The notes beneath the pieces are model-generated. The model was not told the origin of the DNA. It was given only the letters and a program-made list of their open reading frames with translations, and did not search any database. Position numbers and translations under genes: made by a program. This document shows, in pieces, positions 11,480 through 26,646 of a stretch of 64,000 nucleotides of DNA. Within the stretch, counting starts at the first letter, position 1. Each line of letters opens with the position of its first letter. Origin of the DNA: Gnetum montanum (taxonomy: Eukaryota; Plantae; Gnetophyta); assembly GCA_015680685.1 (NCBI GenBank), contig MNCI01002616.1, positions 1 to 64,000 on the forward strand, in the 5' to 3' direction.

Positions 11480-14400
11480 AATCATGAAGTTTGGTGTCAT
11501 AAACTCATACAACATCATTTGCTAGTTGATCCTTCTAGTGGATCAAATATTCATGCCTCTTAACTCTCCAAGTACTAGAAGCTTTTCTCCACTTAACTAA
11601 GATGCCATTCCTATTCATTAAAGGCTTGGACTAATTAATAGCCCCCTTTAACTCATCGATGCTACCCTCTATGATCTCCTCATCAGTTGGTCCATGATAG
11701 TGCACAGGATATGAAACATTAAATACAAAAGATATACCAATATTATTTGGTAAATCAATTTGAAAAGCATTATGATTAATCTTAACCTTGATTTTAAAAG
11801 GCCTCATCTTCTTCTTAGAAAAGTTAACATTAAATTTCTTCTTCTTCAAGTGCATCTAAACCAAGACACCAATAGTGAAATTAGGCTTCTATTTGTCCTC
11901 ATTCCTCTTGAGGACTCTCTCTGTAGCCTTTTTTTTTTCAAGATTTGATTTTACTTGTGCAAGGAGATCCTTTATCTCTTGCACAAACTTAGCACTAAGT
12001 TGAGCTTCACCATCAAAGCTCTTAAAAGTATCCATTATCTTTGGATAAAACCCATAGTTCACCTCAAATTCACTTTTGCCAATAGTAATATGAAAAGCAT
12101 TACTGTATGAAAACTCTACATGATACAACACATCTTTCCAAATACTAGCTATCCATCATACACATATTTCAATATGCTTAGCAAGGTTTTATTCACCACC
12201 TTCATTTGGCCATTAAATTATGGATGATATGCACTTGAAAAATTCAACTTTGTTCCTAAAATTTTCCAAAAGAACCTTCAAAAGGGACTCACGAATTTAG
12301 AGTTTCTATCACTAAAAATATTCAAAAGAATTCCATGCAACTTGATAACATGTTGGAAAAATAAAGTTGTAACATGAGAAGCATCATTCACCTTCTTTCA
12401 TGAAATGAAGTGTGTCATCTTAAAGAACCTTTTAACAAAAACAAAAATTACATCGCTTTCTTTTTTTGATTTTTGGAATACCATCCAAAAAATCCATAGA
12501 TATAATTTTCCATGAGCCATTGGGAATTTTCTAAGGCATATAATATCCATTCACTCCTTTATCTTCTTTGAACTTCTGAAAAGTTAAATACTCCTTTACA
12601 AATTCCAAAAATTTAGTTGCCATGCGAGGCCAAAAATAGTGCCTACCCACAAGTTCCAATGTTTTATCCCTATCCATGTGACCTTCCGTGCAACTGCAAT
12701 GTTGTTCAAATAAAATATTTTTCCTAAAATCACAATTAACAATACATACATTTTTATTCTTAAATAACAGTTTATCTTGAATTTGATAGTTCCTCCATTG
12801 GTCTATCCTACTCATTAATGACTGTTATAGGCTCCTCCAAACCTATCCAAAATTAGCATCATGCTTATACAAAGAAGGAAAATCACCCATACCTTCCACA
12901 TGTGGTACACTAAAATTAACCATATGCATCCTGGACAATGCATCAGTCACCACATTGGCTTTTCCACTTTTATGCTTCAACACAAAATTGAACTCATGTA
13001 ATTGTACACTTCATGTGCTTTGTATTCAAATTCTTTTTTGAATTTAGAAATTGAAGTGCTTTCTGGTCTATCATCAAAGTGAACTCCTTGGGTAACAAAT
13101 AATGACATCAATGCTTGATTTCTTGAAGAGTAATGTACAAATCCTTTTCATATATCCTATATTTTTCCTTGACTCATTCAACTTCATAAAGAAGAAAGCA
13201 ATAGGCCTATCTTCTGGTGAAACTACCCCACCAATGGCAAGTTTGCTTACATCCACCTCAACTTGAAGAAGCCTCTAAAAATATAGAATTGCAAGCATTG
13301 GTTCACTGGTAATCTTTGCTTTCAACAAGTCAAAGCTTCCTTGGGTTTCATTATCCCATGTAAAATCTTTATTTTTCTTTAAAAAAGTAGACATAGGCCA
13401 TGAAATACCACTAAAAGGTTTGATGAACTGTCTATAAAAACATACTAAACCAAGGAAAGATCTAACCTTCCCAACATTCTTAGGAGTTGGCTAATCTCTA
13501 ATAGCCTTCAACTTTGTAGCTTCCATCCAAATTTGGTTTTTTGAAACATATCTCAAATATGTGATTTTCCTTTTGAAGAAATAACTTTTCTTCACATTGA
13601 TCAATAACTATGCCTCCAACTTAAAACACGTCATCCTCAAGTGATCCAAGTGCTCTTCCTCATTAGATCTATAGATAAAAATATTGTAAAAAAAGATAAT
13701 ACAACACTTACTAATAAAGTCCTTCAATACATCATGCATTGTAACATTCTTGTTCCCAAATGATGCTGTTGCATAACAAAGATGGTGCCTCTTCATAACA
13801 AGTGTTATCATTATTGTAATAAGACCTGAAAGGATAGGTTGTAATTGAGACCCAAAATAGCACATTGTAATAATGGACATGTGTTTTGAGCTAACCTTTG
13901 GGGGTTTGACATAAGGCATTTATACCTAGGCTTAGAGGTCATGCCAACATGGGGGTGGTAGAACTAGGAAAGGCAATCCATGGAGTTAGGTGAGGTAGGA
14001 TAAGAAGAGAACTGACCATCCCTTCTAGTTAGCTGTAGGCCTAACCATGGTGGTAGTGCTAGATTAACTCAAAGGGATAGATGTTGAAGGAAGAAAATCC
14101 TAAGGAACACTCTTAGAGCATGACCTATATACACTATTCCATATCAATGAAGCATTCTTTTCTTTCTCTTTTTGCATTTTCCCTATTAGTTTCTTTATGC
14201 ATAATGTCGAATGTTACATATATTTGACATTTGATATATTGTCTTCTTACCAATAATGTCTAAATGAAATTACCAACCACAAAAATAATCCATATTTTGT
14301 TTTGAAAGCTATATTTGACTCATCAGCAGGCTTGATTATGATTTGATAGTAATCACTCTTTAAATCAATTTTTTCTAAAAAAAACTTATTATTAGTAAGG

Positions 14401-16570
14401 ACATTAAGGATATCATCCATCCTTGTAGTTGGAAACTTGTACCTCACCATTATCCTATTCATTTCCCTAGAATCAATACACATCCTCCATTCATTGTTGA
14501 TATTCTCTGGTACTGGTAGCACTAGAACTACATAATGTGAAATGGAGTCCATCATGAAATAATTTGTAAGAAAATTCTCTACTTATCTTTTCAATTTAGC
14601 TTGCTGATTTGATGTCATCTAGTAAGCCCTCTCGTTTGGAATGGTAGCACTAGGGTTCAAATCAATCTAATGTTGTACATTATTCATTAGTGGTAACCCA
14701 TCTAATTTTTCATTAAACACATTGGAATATTTCTCCTTCAAGCCTAGTACACTTCTAGGAAGCTCAACATGCACATCATCATAGTTAGTAATCACTATTT
14801 TTATAACAATAAAACCAAAACCTGTTTCATCATGTTCCTTAATATATTCCCTCTCTCTTAGAAGGATTAAGAAAGGATTAAGTGAGCTTTTCTATCTCAC
14901 TTATTTAGCTATCATTGGAATCAACTCATGGATTCCATTAGGCCTAGCAAAAATCCACATATTTCTTTCTTCATATAATTGAGCGTCATTGTAAAAATTC
15001 CAAGGTTTATGAAGAATTACATTAACACAATCTATTCGAAGCACATCATACTTTATAACATCATGAAATGCTTTAATTTAAAATTTTAAAGTACATTGTT
15101 TGCTCACTAGATAAAAATCTCTAGATAACCAATGCACTTTATAGGGTTTAGGATAAGGATTAGCTACCAATCCTAGTCTAGCAACTAACCTAGAAGAAAT
15201 AACATTTTCTTGGGCTCCTTCATCAATCAAAACATTAATTCATTCCCCACTAAGGAAACATCTAGTTCCAATATGAAATAATAGTTTTCTATTAGGGTGT
15301 TATTTTCTCTTCACATTCCTCATGAATACAAAAGAATTTAATTTAGAAACATTCTTAATTTTTTAGGCATTATGATTACATCTCTTAAGACCTTGGCTTG
15401 ATGTTTCTTCCACCTATATGGTTTGTACATCTTTGCCCTTGGTTGCCATTGAAGTGGAAATTCTCATTGCTTGTGTCTCAATTCTTCACACTTGAAGCAT
15501 TGGATTTTTGATGAGCTAATACCTTGATCCTTGCCTCCCTTTCCTTGTTCCTTCTTAACATTTCCTTTCTCAACACCTATTTTAGTCTTCTTGTCATGGC
15601 TGACATTCTTATCTTCAAATTTGTACTTGGATTCTTTCTCCTTCCCCTTATAAGTTTTTCTCTCCTATATCTAAATCTAATTAATTACTTCTTAGCCTTG
15701 AGTGCTAAATTGTAAGGCTCATTAAAATTTTGTGACTTATGAAAGGAAAACTCCTATTGGTATGCCATTTTGAAATGTCATAAAAGGATTGAAGCCTATT
15801 CATACTTCTCCTAGTTTACCTTAGCTTGATGGAATAGATTACAAAATTCAATGTAGAATTATTTGACATCCTGGTTATCTTTCCTTAGGAATTTCAACTT
15901 CATAATGGTTCCTTATCTTTGATGAGACTATTCAAATTTTCTTTTTAACCTGTATTTCATTTGATTCCAATCTTTGATGGGTTGACCATTTCATCTTTTA
16001 TAACCCTGGGACTCCTTTCTCCTCCAAGTAGAACCCATACCTTCTAATATCGATTTAGCAATAGGAAACCTCAAGTTATTCTTTACCTCTTCAACTAAAA
16101 ATGTTTCTCAAATTCTTTTAGTGAACTTGCAAAAGAATTGGTGCCATCTATACCATTGAAAGTCTTCAACTCCATGCATAAATGTGTTGCAGCATTTTTG
16201 AATGCTTTAGTAAGTCTTGCCTCATCTTCCTCATGAAGATTTCCTAGAGAATAAGTATTTACCATAGTTGGAGCCCTCAGAATTCTCATATGAGGAATTG
16301 AATTTTCTTCCTTTGGAATCCTTGGCTAATGTGTTCCTTTACTACCATATCTAGATTATCCTTCCTCTTCATTTGCTTCATCTTCACTTGGTTGTGAAAC
16401 TTCTTCATCTAAACATGCATGCTCTTCACCTTTTTTTGTCTCGATAAGGCTACATTTCTATCTACCTTTACACTAATTTCATCTAATTGACCAACCACCA
16501 TCTGAAAGGTAGACTTCATGCTTTCCATGTTTCTATTTAGTGCTTGCACTTGTTTCTTCTTAGGTGCCAT
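11480..16570 (-). pseudogene. gag-pol: gag-pol pseudogene of the CRM-like element
   Basis: Start MAPKK (16570); protease LIDEGAQENVIS...PYPKPYKVHWL (about 15230); RT WRMCIDSR / KIDLKSDYYQI / AFKTKYGLF; RNase H DVSKLAIGGVV..RPIAFF; integrase GHMDRDKTLELVGRHYFWP and PFKI..KINHNAFQIDLP. Many stops and frameshifts. Confidence 0.88.
13740..14218. mobile_element. Solo LTR (479 bp) inserted into the RT of the CRM-like element
   Basis: Perfect 10-bp inverted termini TGTAACATTC...GAATGTTACA. RT homology stops near 14250 and resumes at 13739 (MHDVLKDF). Flanks TGCAT/TATAT are compatible with a decayed TSD. Confidence 0.7.
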
Positions 16571-16610
16571 TTGAATTTGATAAAATCCTCAAAAAAGTTG
16601 AAGTCACACT

Positions 16611-16624
16611 AAGATTTAATACCA
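16611..16624 (-). promoter_or_regulatory. Primer-binding site (tRNA-iMet type, decayed)
   Basis: TGGTATTAAATCT, versus consensus TGGTATCAGAGC, lies 4 nt after the LTR-terminal CA. Confidence 0.65.
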
Positions 16625-19600
16625 ATAATGTTGGGATAGTTTCACTCTAATTATTAATTACCTTTGAATACTAAATATAGATATTATGGAAAGATAATTA
16701 ATTTTCTAGAAAACAAGAAAACTAGCTATCTTTAATTATTTAATTAGAGGATTATAACAGGGTTCCCAAAACTCATAAACATCCAAAATCTTTCTCACTC
16801 AAACAATATTGTAAAGCATGAGGCTCTATAACCACATGATGGTTGTTTTAAATACAATACATAACTAATAGAAAATCTCTCTGACAACTTGGAACAGAGA
16901 TATGAGCTCATAAGTGAGACATAAGAGAATAGAATACATAGGCCAACACATGACATAATTGACCTTGGAGCTATAGTTACTAATTGCACTCACTCAATGT
17001 TCTCTCACAAACTCTTACTAAGCTCTTCACACTTAGAGCTCTCTTTCTTACTCATGGTATCAACATTTATGAATTACATCAATATTTATGGATAACAGGA
17101 ATATACAAAACCTAGTAATCTTTTCTCAACTTCACTTAAGATTCTTTAGTTGTTTCCATAGTCTTCTCACCTTATCCCTAACTATTTCTATCCTTTTTCA
17201 ACTTATTTTTTCTATTTTCAAAATTGGGATGAATGATATTATAAGTTTCCATAGCTATACAGGTCATTTGTGACCTCTAAAAGATGTTTCCTATAGAAAC
17301 TTGCTTTTAGAGAAGACATCAATTGTTTTTAGGAGACATCTTCCTCCTAGACAAGAAGTCTCCTCTTGGGTAAGATGTCTTGTTAAATACATCTCTTGTG
17401 TTAGAAGGGATCTCCCTTGAGATGTATCCTTTTAGGATGAGAAATATCCTTTAAGAAGTCTTACATTTAGTTGAGACATATCCTATGAAGTTAGGACATC
17501 TCTTTCATAGTTCTAGCTTCCAAACAAGACATCTTCACAAAGCCTAAAACCTACAAAAAACACATGTAGGAAAGAACAAGGAAATCGAAAGAGGTGTCCC
17601 TACACCAAAGGGCTAAAAAGTGTGAAGCCTATTACCCAAGATTGCATGATGCCAAGCCCATCCCTTGGAATGTATGAGAAAAAATGAGCTACGTCATAAT
17701 AATACTTAACTTAAAAGTTTGTAAGATCATGCTATGTAATAGAAAAGAAATAAAGGGAATATTTTTGAAATGATTTTTAATGCTAAAAATGATCACTTTC
17801 ATAAGAATTAATTACTTTATTGATCATACAAGTGATCATAAATGTTATAAACAAAGGTTAAATTTTTTTTCCTAATTTGCAATTGAGAAGCATCAATCGA
17901 GTGTAATTTCATAATAAGGATTTGGGCATTTTTAGAGTAACTATTTTCTATGTACATCACTAAAAATTATCATTCAAAAGTCTTATGAAATCCATTCATA
18001 GCAATATTTAAGCATCCAATATTGAGAAAGAGGTAAATTATGATGTAGTTCTAGCTAGAAAGAAAATTTTCTTTACACTAACTATAAGTCCTTCTTGGGG
18101 AAATCTTAAATTGAAGCATGTAATTAACTCAAATTTCCTACAAGAGAAATTAGAGCCTAAGGTATTTAGCAAATTAAAGGTAATCAACTTGGGCATATAT
18201 GGACAATTTTAGCTTTCTATATCATAATTAATGATAGATGAATTAATAAATAAGATGTTGCAAACATATTTTGATGATGTAATATAAATCTTCTATTAGG
18301 GTATTAATTCCTCAAGAGATCATTCACTCTATGACTAATGATAAGAATGTCTATTTTCCATTCATTGATACTTACCCTATTGATCACAAGGCCCTAGTTT
18401 CTACATTTCATTCAAAGTAAGTCCTAGTTGGCTATAAGTCTTAATCCTAGGTAAATATGGACTTGCTGGTAGAACCTATTTATTTCATATGTAAAATTTA
18501 TAATGCATGGGTAGATTGTACTAATCATTATAACATAGTCTAGTGGTGTATCATCAAGATTCTATATTATATTCAAGCTTAAGATCTAAAATGCACTTTG
18601 TAAAGAATTGTAGTGCACAATTTTTAACATGCACTTATGAAGGTGAAAGCGGGAATAACCATAAAATTTGGTTTTGGAGGCCTTCTTACATTATTGACAT
18701 AATATTTTGTAAAGAAGTCCTTGTTCAGCCACTTGCTTATGTAGTCATTTGTATTCTTTTAGAAGAAAGTAAGGTCATAAACCTAACCAACAAATAATAG
18801 ATGATATACAAAGAAATGACAATCGTAATGATGAAGAGATAAATTAGTTAAGAATCTACTAGTACCAATGTTAGAGTATTAACAAAAAGTTAACCAAGAA
18901 AGCCCTAACACTTACTTCTAAAGATGATGGAGCTATGAAGAAACCAAGAAACGTGTCCATTGTATAGAGATTTGCATCAAGAAAGAAGAAGGTTTTGAGT
19001 GAGGATTTTCTATTTATTTCTTCTCTTAATTAATCTAATAGTATGGATATTAATTTGTACATAGGCATTTTAATTCTAAACATGACTGCTTTAGCTGGCT
19101 AGTGGTAATTAATTAATGTGAATAAAGCATCTTAGAGTCTGAGGGCCTATTTTGATGTAATGACTAATAGTATCTACATGTTGTTAGGAGAATAGAATTA
19201 TTTATCATATCTACAAATTTCTTATTCATAGGAATTAGATAATAATAATAAATTTTAAAAACAATTAATTGAAGATTGGATCAAGGATGCATATGCTATA
19301 ATGAAGAGGGGTGGGGGGTGGCATAGCACAGGGAGGGTATAGTATTGTTTGAACACTAGGTAGTACAATACACTAAATGATCATGAACTTATGAGAGTTG
19401 TAGTGTATCTTTATGTTAAATCTATTATTCATTATGTAGTGTTTAGGCAAGTTGTAGATAGTAAGGATGATTAGAGTTTAGTGGCTATCAAGAACCTATC
19501 AATGATAAAGAAGGAGAAGGAAAACTAGGAAATTACTCCACAAACTCAAATTAAAAAACATGACTAGATTAAATTAGATTTTTAGAAATTTTCTTAGTGG

Positions 19601-21559
19601 TAGAATACAAAGCACATATCAAGCCAGAATTGAAATTGCTAGATCAAGGAACTAGTTAGATAACTTTAACTACTAAGGAGAAGGAAAAGAAAATTGTGAA
19701 TCTTAAAGAAAAAGAATTATTAGAGGAAGAAGAATTAAAGGAAAAATCTCATAAGTTAAAACAAAACGTCAAAGAGCTTCACACAAAAAATAAAGAGTTA
19801 GTATTAGAGCATTAAATAATTCAAGTTAGTATTCAAGAAGCAAAGGAGAGAATGCATGTTGCAAATTTCACAATAGAATCATATAAATAATACTTAAGCT
19901 CTAAGGAAGAAGAATTGAAGGCTTGCTAAGAAGAATTAGAGGAGCTATGAACATAAATGGAAGCACTCAAGATTTTGATGAAACTCAAAAAATAAGAATC
20001 TTCATCTTGGGACCCTCTCATGGTGTATCATAACTTGAAGTATTTCCTCCTTCCACTATTGAATTGCATTTGATTCCATTCTTGTTTTCCTTCATAGTGT
20101 TGAAGTTCCATCTAAAATTGTTGAACTCCTAGTTACCTCTAAATCATTTATTATTATAGAAATGGAGTCCACTCTATGTATTGCACAAATTGATACTTCA
20201 TAATGTACATTTTGAATTTTGAAGTTAATGAACATAATGATTTTTTATGTTCAATCTATGCCCTGATTTTGTTATTTCTATGAATTAGTAAGTGAAGAGG
20301 AGTAATTCCATCAATTCATAAAAATATATAATGCTTTCTAACTAGTCACAATGAAATATTGCATGATTTGTAAATCACCAATAACATCCATTAAAATTTG
20401 TTAGAAATAACTAAAAATGTTATGAAACTAATGCTTGAAGGGGAGTGTTACAATATAAACATAACATAATTTAGAATTATCAATTTTGTAAAAAGTCAAG
20501 GATTTCATAATCACTTTTAAATGAGTCATAACAAAAGGACATGATGTATCATGCAAATCCTTATGACCATAGTCATGAAACATAAGCAATCAAGATTAAG
20601 TTACAAAGTGCTATGAGAAAGAAGAGAAGAATAAGTGATAAGGAATATAAACAAGAAAAAGAAGATAGTATGGACAAGAAATGATGAATTATAAAAGAAT
20701 ATACTAGATTAAATAGTTCATAGAATATAATCAACATAATAACAACAAGAAATCCAAGTTATGTATCCAAAGTTAGAGAAGTAGTTAGTAGCAAGACGTA
20801 TAAAGGAATAGAGGAGCCATTACTATCCATATATTCATAATAACAATATGAGAACATAAAGTTCAACAAGTAATTCATAAGAGAAAGAAACGAAGAAGGA
20901 TCATATTTCCTAAATATGAGAGGAAGATCCAAAAGTAAGCCATTTTTAATTTGGTTCAGTTTCCTAAAGAGGAAGAGAAGAGCATATGGAAGGTTATGAT
21001 GGATAAAAGAAGATAACTACAAAGAAGTGACAAGCTATGATTTAGGTATTAGTTAGTAACTAGTTAAGATATGAATCATTGAGAAACCCAAGAAGGCCCT
21101 ACTCATGGTAAGATTGAATAACTAGAAAAAATTCCATTAGACCTATCATGAGAAATAGACAGATTAAGACATTCCAAGGATGTAGCCATGAAGAATAAGA
21201 AAGATATGTTATGAAGAAGAGATTTGTAACAAAACCAGAAGATATCAAGACTGATTGTAGAATGTGAAAAATACTATTATTAAAGATATATTGATCGATA
21301 ACTTGGTCACCATGTTATGTATTAAGTTTTCTCATAACCAAAATGATCTTTACATAATTAAATTTGTTCTAGAGACAAATACACAAAATATAATAGTTTG
21401 GACCCTTTTTTGTGACTTCATTATTAATTTTTATTTTTTCTCTCAAATTTAAGATTTAATTATGTTTTATGTGTCATATATATTATGTTCTTAGTATCCT
21501 ATATCAATTTCTAATCACTTGAAAGTCATTTTATATCATTTTTGCTTTTCCTCATGTTT

Positions 21560-22010
21560 CATGCCAAAATCATGAGTTAACCATAAGTTGTGGTGAGACT
21601 ACTAGTGCTAATCATGAGTTGTGGTTAGGTCATGATCTCTCATCAAAATTTGTGATGAGGTCATGATCAATCCTTTTTTATTTCCTCATATTCTTTCTAT
21701 ATTTCTAGAAGAGTTATGATCCCATGAATTGTGGTGAACTCATGATCTTCCACCATAGTTTATGGTAAAGTCATGATCAAGATTTTCTTGTCATTTTTGC
21801 ATTTAAAGTCATTTTGAATGATTTATAGTTAATCATAAGTCATGTTCTCATCTTGGTAAACCATCATGATTTGTGATTAGGTCATGGTTAGGTTGTCATT
21901 GAGCTGTTTTTGCTATAGTTTCTATTGGTTATTTTTTTGAGTAAACCATAAGTTGTGGTTAGGTCATAGTCAACCACATAGATAATAGTGAGGTTATAGT
22001 TTCACGATGT
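21560..22010. repeat. Clustered short degenerate repeats (CCATAAGTTGTGGT / TCATGAT) in both orientations
   Basis: About 10 imperfect copies; probably the U3 motif array of an unassigned LTR. Confidence 0.45.
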
Positions 22011-25000
22011 TTTCATTTTTTGATCTATGTTATTATTTTAACTTAGTTTAACACATTTTAATACCTTTGAACTCTATTTGACATTGTTTTGTTAGTCTAG
22101 AACATGTTGGATATTGGATTTGATCTTGAAGTTGATAATGGGTTTACATTAGAGTTTTTGGTCATTTTGAATTATTGGCTTATTTTTTACATTACTTCAT
22201 CATTGATATTTGTTTCTATTTATTTGGATGATTCAATATTTGTTATTTTTTAAGAGATATCATAGAGTTGTATGGCTAGTTAGAGATGGGCTTCGTAGAA
22301 ATGTTTGGTATTTGATCCATAATAGGATAAATTAGTGCAGATCTCACTATATGCCTCATCTTGTAGAAGAGGATAATCCATGGCTCATTAGTATATTTGT
22401 TCGATAACTTTATAACATTAGAAGTGGATCCTAGATGGTACCTCTAGAATTAGTACTTTGGTTTAAGGCTAATAAATAAATCCATTTGCATGGTAGTTTA
22501 ACATTGGTAATTTGATGTGAAATTTTTTTATGATAATAATTCAGACATTTGAAATTGGGTATGGTGCATGCTAGTTGGCTTATTTTTATGCTGATGGATT
22601 ATAGTGGATAAATCAATTTGATTAGATTTCTATTTGACATCCAAATATATGTATGATGTGTGATCCATGATACTTGATTTTTTATGCTCCACTAAAATGT
22701 GTTGTAGGCCAACATTTCTTCACCTAGGTATCATGGGACTTGAACTTGAATAAAATGAAGGAGATGCTAAGGTTTCTCACTTGGTTTATACAACCTAACT
22801 TTTTTATTCTTCAAGTAATCAAGGCTAGGTGGAGTAAGGAGATCTCTTGATGTTTGTTGCTAATTTCACATATTATGCATGTTTAAATTTTGTCTTTTAG
22901 GCTATTATGTGTTTTGCATATTATGATATGTTACAAATAGGTATGAATCTATTCTTATCATGCTTATATATTTAGATCATAGATATTTTTATGTATTACT
23001 AAACATAATTGATATATGCATTATTTTTGGATTTACATGCTTTATTGCCCTCTCTTAGTTTAGTTGTAGCTTTTAATTTCCTAATATACATATGTGTGTA
23101 TTTTATTCAATACTTTATTATAGTCTATTGTTAATGTATTTCTCTTTATTTTTTTCATGGTATGATTGCGTTTTCCTTTCACTTCCTTATTGCTATGTTA
23201 GATCGTTTTGGTTTTCAATTCTTCTTACCATGATCAATCTTGCATTAAGAGTTCCATACCTAATGCAATGGTCTCTAATATAAGGTTAGAAAGGAGTATG
23301 CTGTAAGTTTGTGGATTTCAGTTTGATTATATATATGTATTATCTAGTATTTTATTTATCGCTTGCTATTAATATTTTTATTTTTTAAGTTATAATATTA
23401 CTATTCCTGCAAAATTATTATCTCACAACTCTATGAGAATACCTTCATGAATCATATGTTTTAATTTATGACTCATGGTTATAAATAATCTTTAAATTAA
23501 TATAATTCTTAATAAATTACTAATAGTGAAATGAAGGAGCAAGAACATTAAATCAATTATAGACTTAGCGTATTAACCAAGATTAGAATTGATAGGGGTA
23601 TGGATTGATTATGATGAAGTTTGTGATGACTTCAATGTAATATGAGTAGGATATGATAAAATATAAATGATTAAAATATGTTTGAAAAAAGTAAAAATCA
23701 TAAATCACTAAAATAGGAGAGATTGATATGTGAAAGGGTTATGGGTTATGGGTTTCCCTTCTAGTAAAAGAAAAATACTTTATTAAATTAAGTGACATAT
23801 TTCACCTCCTAAGAAGGGCCAAGAGCTACAATGGTATGGACATAAATTCAAATTAGAAATTGAATGAATAAACCTTAGTATATAAGCCAAAATAAGATAT
23901 AAAAAATGAATTTTAACCTTTAGTAAGTTTGCTAATAAATGAGAAGTCTATTTATGCTATTTGGAGTCAATTCAGGAATAAAACAGGTGAGGATTGTTGA
24001 ACTTAGAAAGGGGGATGAATAAGTTTCCATAATTAAAATATTCTTTGAAACAAAGCATACAAAAATTAATGTGATTCCCCAACTTAGGTAGTCCACACTT
24101 GGAGGGTAGTTCACTAGCATACCTCCAAACTTTGTTGCTCTCAAAATGTGGTTTGAAGTGTACCACACCCTGTATAAGCTCTAAGCTCTGCTCTAGAATG
24201 ATTTGATGCCATGAATCCACTTAACCCCAAAAAGTCTTGACAAGCTTACAATGTGGTTTCTAGGACCCCAAAACATTTACAACTCAAGCTTTTCTTCGAA
24301 GTGTTGTGGAGCTACACAAACACTCAATTCTGCAGGATCACAACAAGCTCAAGCAAAATGCCTTTCCACAAGAAGTACATCAACCCTATAGGATAACCAA
24401 AGAGAATAATAATTACAAGGAATGAATGCAACTAAATTTTTTGATCCTTGTACTTTGAGGTACATGTCACTTTGACCAATTACAATAGATAAAAGATAAT
24501 ACAATGAGGAATAATAACAAGAGAATGATGATTACAATGATTTCTTGAAAATAACACTTGATAGTACACAATGCTTGCACATTTTCCAATGGAATGAAGT
24601 CTTCTTATAGCCAATATGTTTCTAAAATCACCTTGTAATTTGTGCAACAACTATCTAATAGTTATTGGAGACATCTTCTTGGAGGCTAAGATTTCTTTCT
24701 ACATTAGACCTTCATTCTTGAAAGATGTCTTCTCCACAAGAAAGATGTCTTTGTGGAGATGCTTTTAGGAAGACATCTTTCTAGTGAGAAAGACATCTAC
24801 TATTTTTCAAAGACATCTTCATTTGAGTAACCATCAATTTGGCCAAGACATTCACTATTTCTTGAATACGTCTTTCTTTAGTTTCTTTTACACTTTAAAA
24901 TCTTCATTCCTTGTTCATGCTCTTTGAATTTCCTCTTAGTTTCTTATAGATGTCCTCGAGCTCTCCTTTTGTCCAAATCCAATTTTTTTTCCTACAAACA

Positions 25001-26646
25001 TAACAACCATACAAACAACCTTGTTCTCCATTTCTCTTAATGTTTTGACATATTAAAAGGTCAAAAATCTTCCCCTTTTTGGTGATGTACAAAACTTAAG
25101 AAAATGGGCGATATAAAAACCAATAGAAATATTAAGGAATATAAATTCCTATGGTAGTTAAGGATTAGGATAAAGCATTGAGGTTCAAGGAAGTTTGGTA
25201 GTATGTGGGACATAATGAAATGATGTAAAAGTAAAGATCAAAGATACACCACATAGAGATAACAAAGGAAACACCATCAGTCTATAACTCATCTGTAACT
25301 ATTCATACAACCAACTATCCACATAAATCCACAACTATTCAAAAAAATCAACTACCTATACAAATTGCAACATCACATCAACCACATATGTGCAAAGTTC
25401 AAAAATCACATATGTGAGAATTGAGAACTTGTTTACCTTTTTAGACATCAAAAAAAAGGAGAGAGAAAATGATCACTCGAGGTCCTTAAACACTAACCTC
25501 GATTGCATCCTTAGATTCAAATTCTTCTACCTCTTGGGATGAATGGTAAGTCTCCTCCTTATCATCATCACTACTAGTGCTGTATCAACTTGATTGCTAC
25601 TCATCTTCATCAAAGAACTCAACCTATTAGATGGCAACTTGGCAAGGATGAAGCTTCACTCAAAATTAAGATGTAGCTAGAGGATCTAGCTAAATTGGAG
25701 GTTGCTAAGCTAGTATCCATTAGGATGTGATTCCAAAGATACTCTCCATAGCCTACTATGAAAATTATTTAGGATCATTGAATGATAAAGGAACTGAATG
25801 TATGGGATGTGCAGGATCATGGTGCTCAGACTACTACGTGAAAATATGATGCTCCTCTTGGACATGAGCTGGTGGTGCCTTAGGTTCTGAATTGGATGTG
25901 GAACTTTTGATATGTCAAAACATTAAGGAAAATGGAGAACAAGATTGTTTATGTAGTTGTGTGATTATTGTGTTTGTAGGACAAGAACTTGGATTAAGGC
26001 AAGAAGGTTTGTAGAAGCTCAAGAACATGGATAAGAAATGAAGAATTAAAAGTGCAAAGAAAGAGTGAAGAAAGATGTTTTCAAGAAATAGTAGATGTTT
26101 TGGTAGAATTTAAGGCAACATAGGCAAAGCCATATTTACAAAATAGCATACATCTTTCATCAAACAAAGATGTTTTTCTAGAATGAAGGCCAATTATAGG
26201 AAGATATCTTTCACTAGACAAAGACATCTTCCTAGAATGGAGGCCAAATGTAGAAAGATAGATTATCCATGAAGAAGACTTATTTCATGACCAATAACTA
26301 GACATTGCACAAATTCCAAGATGAATTTGGAAACATAGTGTCCATAAGAAGATATCATTCTTATTGGGAAATGTGCATGCTTTTGTACAATCATTATGTA
26401 ATCATTTAACAATCATTGTAATCATTATTGCTCCTCATTGTATTATCTTTTGTTTGTTGTAAAGTGAGTTTTAGCTCAAGTATAGGGATCAACAAACTAA
26501 GTTGCATTCACCCCTTGTAATTTTTATTCTCCTTTTTTTCCCTACGAGGTTGATGTACTTCTTACAGGAAGGCATCTTTCTTGAGCTTGTTGGGATCCTA
26601 CATGATTGAGTGTTAGTGTAGTGCCATAACACTCCAAAGCAACATC

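Larger units (their letters stand above)
10450..17604 (-). mobile_element. Decayed full-length Ty3/Gypsy chromovirus (CRM-like); LTRs 17604-16629 and 11412-10450
   Basis: The two LTRs of about 970 bp align and start TGTAGG on the minus strand; a PBS and a purine-rich PPT are present; internal order is gag-PR-RT-RH-INT. Confidence 0.85.
8956..21395 (+). mobile_element. Probable non-autonomous Copia-type LTR element (LARD-like); first LTR interrupted by the CRM-like insertion, second LTR from 20446 and truncated
   Basis: 8956-9905 aligns with 20446-21395. Both copies start TGTTA(G/C)AATATAA, and the second is preceded by a PPT-like GCTTGAAGGGGAG. No pol motifs were recognised; only a decayed Glu/Lys-rich coding relic at about 19500-20000. 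Confidence 0.5.
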
